Below are positions 63,190 to 64,000 of a stretch of 64,000 nucleotides of DNA, piece after piece. How positions within the stretch are numbered: position 1 is the stretch's first letter; each line of letters begins with the position of its first letter. Source of the stretch: Haliotis rubra (Eukaryota); the NCBI RefSeq assembly GCF_003918875.1, contig NW_025765492.1:744001-808000 (forward strand), read 5' to 3'. The notes under the pieces were generated by a model. It worked only from the letters and a program-made list of their open reading frames with translations, searched no databases and was not told where the DNA came from. The position numbers and the translations under genes were made by a program.

Positions 63190-64000
63190 CTGTTGGAAGC
63201 CATTACAAATTAAAGAACATTCAAGAAAAGTAGCAAAAATGGAGATATGACCAACAGCAGCAAAATGTGACAAACAAAATGTCAACTATTACGAGGATCT
63301 AACAAATACACTATCAAACCAAAATAAGGGAACTATTTAGTTTAATGTAGTATTCGCTGAGGTGACCATTTACAACAGTGGCATGGCATCAGAATACAAC
63401 ATCTAATTGCAACGAAATTTCACATCAAAGTTTACCATTGGCAATGAAGACTGAGGTGGGTTAGTCAATATGCGGGATGGGCTGTTTGTCAATAGCCTCA
63501 ACACCATGTTTACAGACTAATCAAGGGTTTGGCTCCGATTCAGGTTGAAACATCAGTGAGTTTCTTGATCATGACCAGTTCATGGGCGGTTGTGTAATGA
63601 TGTAGAGCAGTAGCATGCGACATGCGAACTGATTTGGTTGTCAATGCACATTTGACTTGCCAAGTACATGTTGATGAGCTACTGTACCCTGTCCTGGTTC
63701 CATTCGCAATAATTATCAGTAGAAATTTTGAACAAAAAGATGTCAGCACTGGCTGGTGTTAAGGCACAATGGCGTGCAATACCAAAGGAAACTATACCCA
63801 AGTTAGTCAACATGGTCAATAGTATTCCACCAAGGTGTAACGCCCAACATGGTGGACACGCCTGATGTTGATCATGTCGATCTGATTTCCTGACAATTAT
63901 CATTATTACACCTTAACTAACATTTCATCAGTTCCCTTATGTCAGTAGTGTAACAATATCGGTGAATCATCATCATTATCATCAACATTATTTGTATCTG

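Noticed and set aside
63440-63960. Possible further Tc1 3' remnant (…GGH-like ending near 63850)
   Set aside because: Too degenerate, with no TIR pair visible inside the window.

Overview
AT-rich, intron-containing animal genomic DNA. The SINE, Tc1 and RTE-X repeat content suggests a mollusc, possibly an abalone-like gastropod (inference). Three zones. (1) 136-14996: three paralogous exons, each with a phase-1 splice acceptor, a 6-Cys CPAGDDP...CCxTC domain, a different Thr/Ser/Gly/Pro mucin-like tandem repeat, a stop codon and a downstream AATAAA. No start or signal exon is visible between them, so they look like alternative terminal exons of one gene that starts left of the window. (2) about 20.5-54.4 kb: a tandem array of four minimal ionotropic glutamate receptor (iGluR/IR-like) genes of about 420 aa. 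They start directly at S1, lack the amino-terminal domain and apparently a signal peptide, have a rewritten SYTANLAAF gate, and are mosaics of one another; copy 2 is frameshifted. (3) 59753-63189: the last five coding exons of a minus-strand gene ending in a KKIRQIEALE coiled-coil motif. The window also holds many transposons: a miniature LTR element whose LTRs carry a tRNA-Arg-like sequence, Penelope-like foldback remnants with a hammerhead-like core, a nested LINE/Tc1/MITE insertion in a receptor promoter region, hAT-like MITEs, three SINE families and two satellites. All calls are by eye; no database searches were run.
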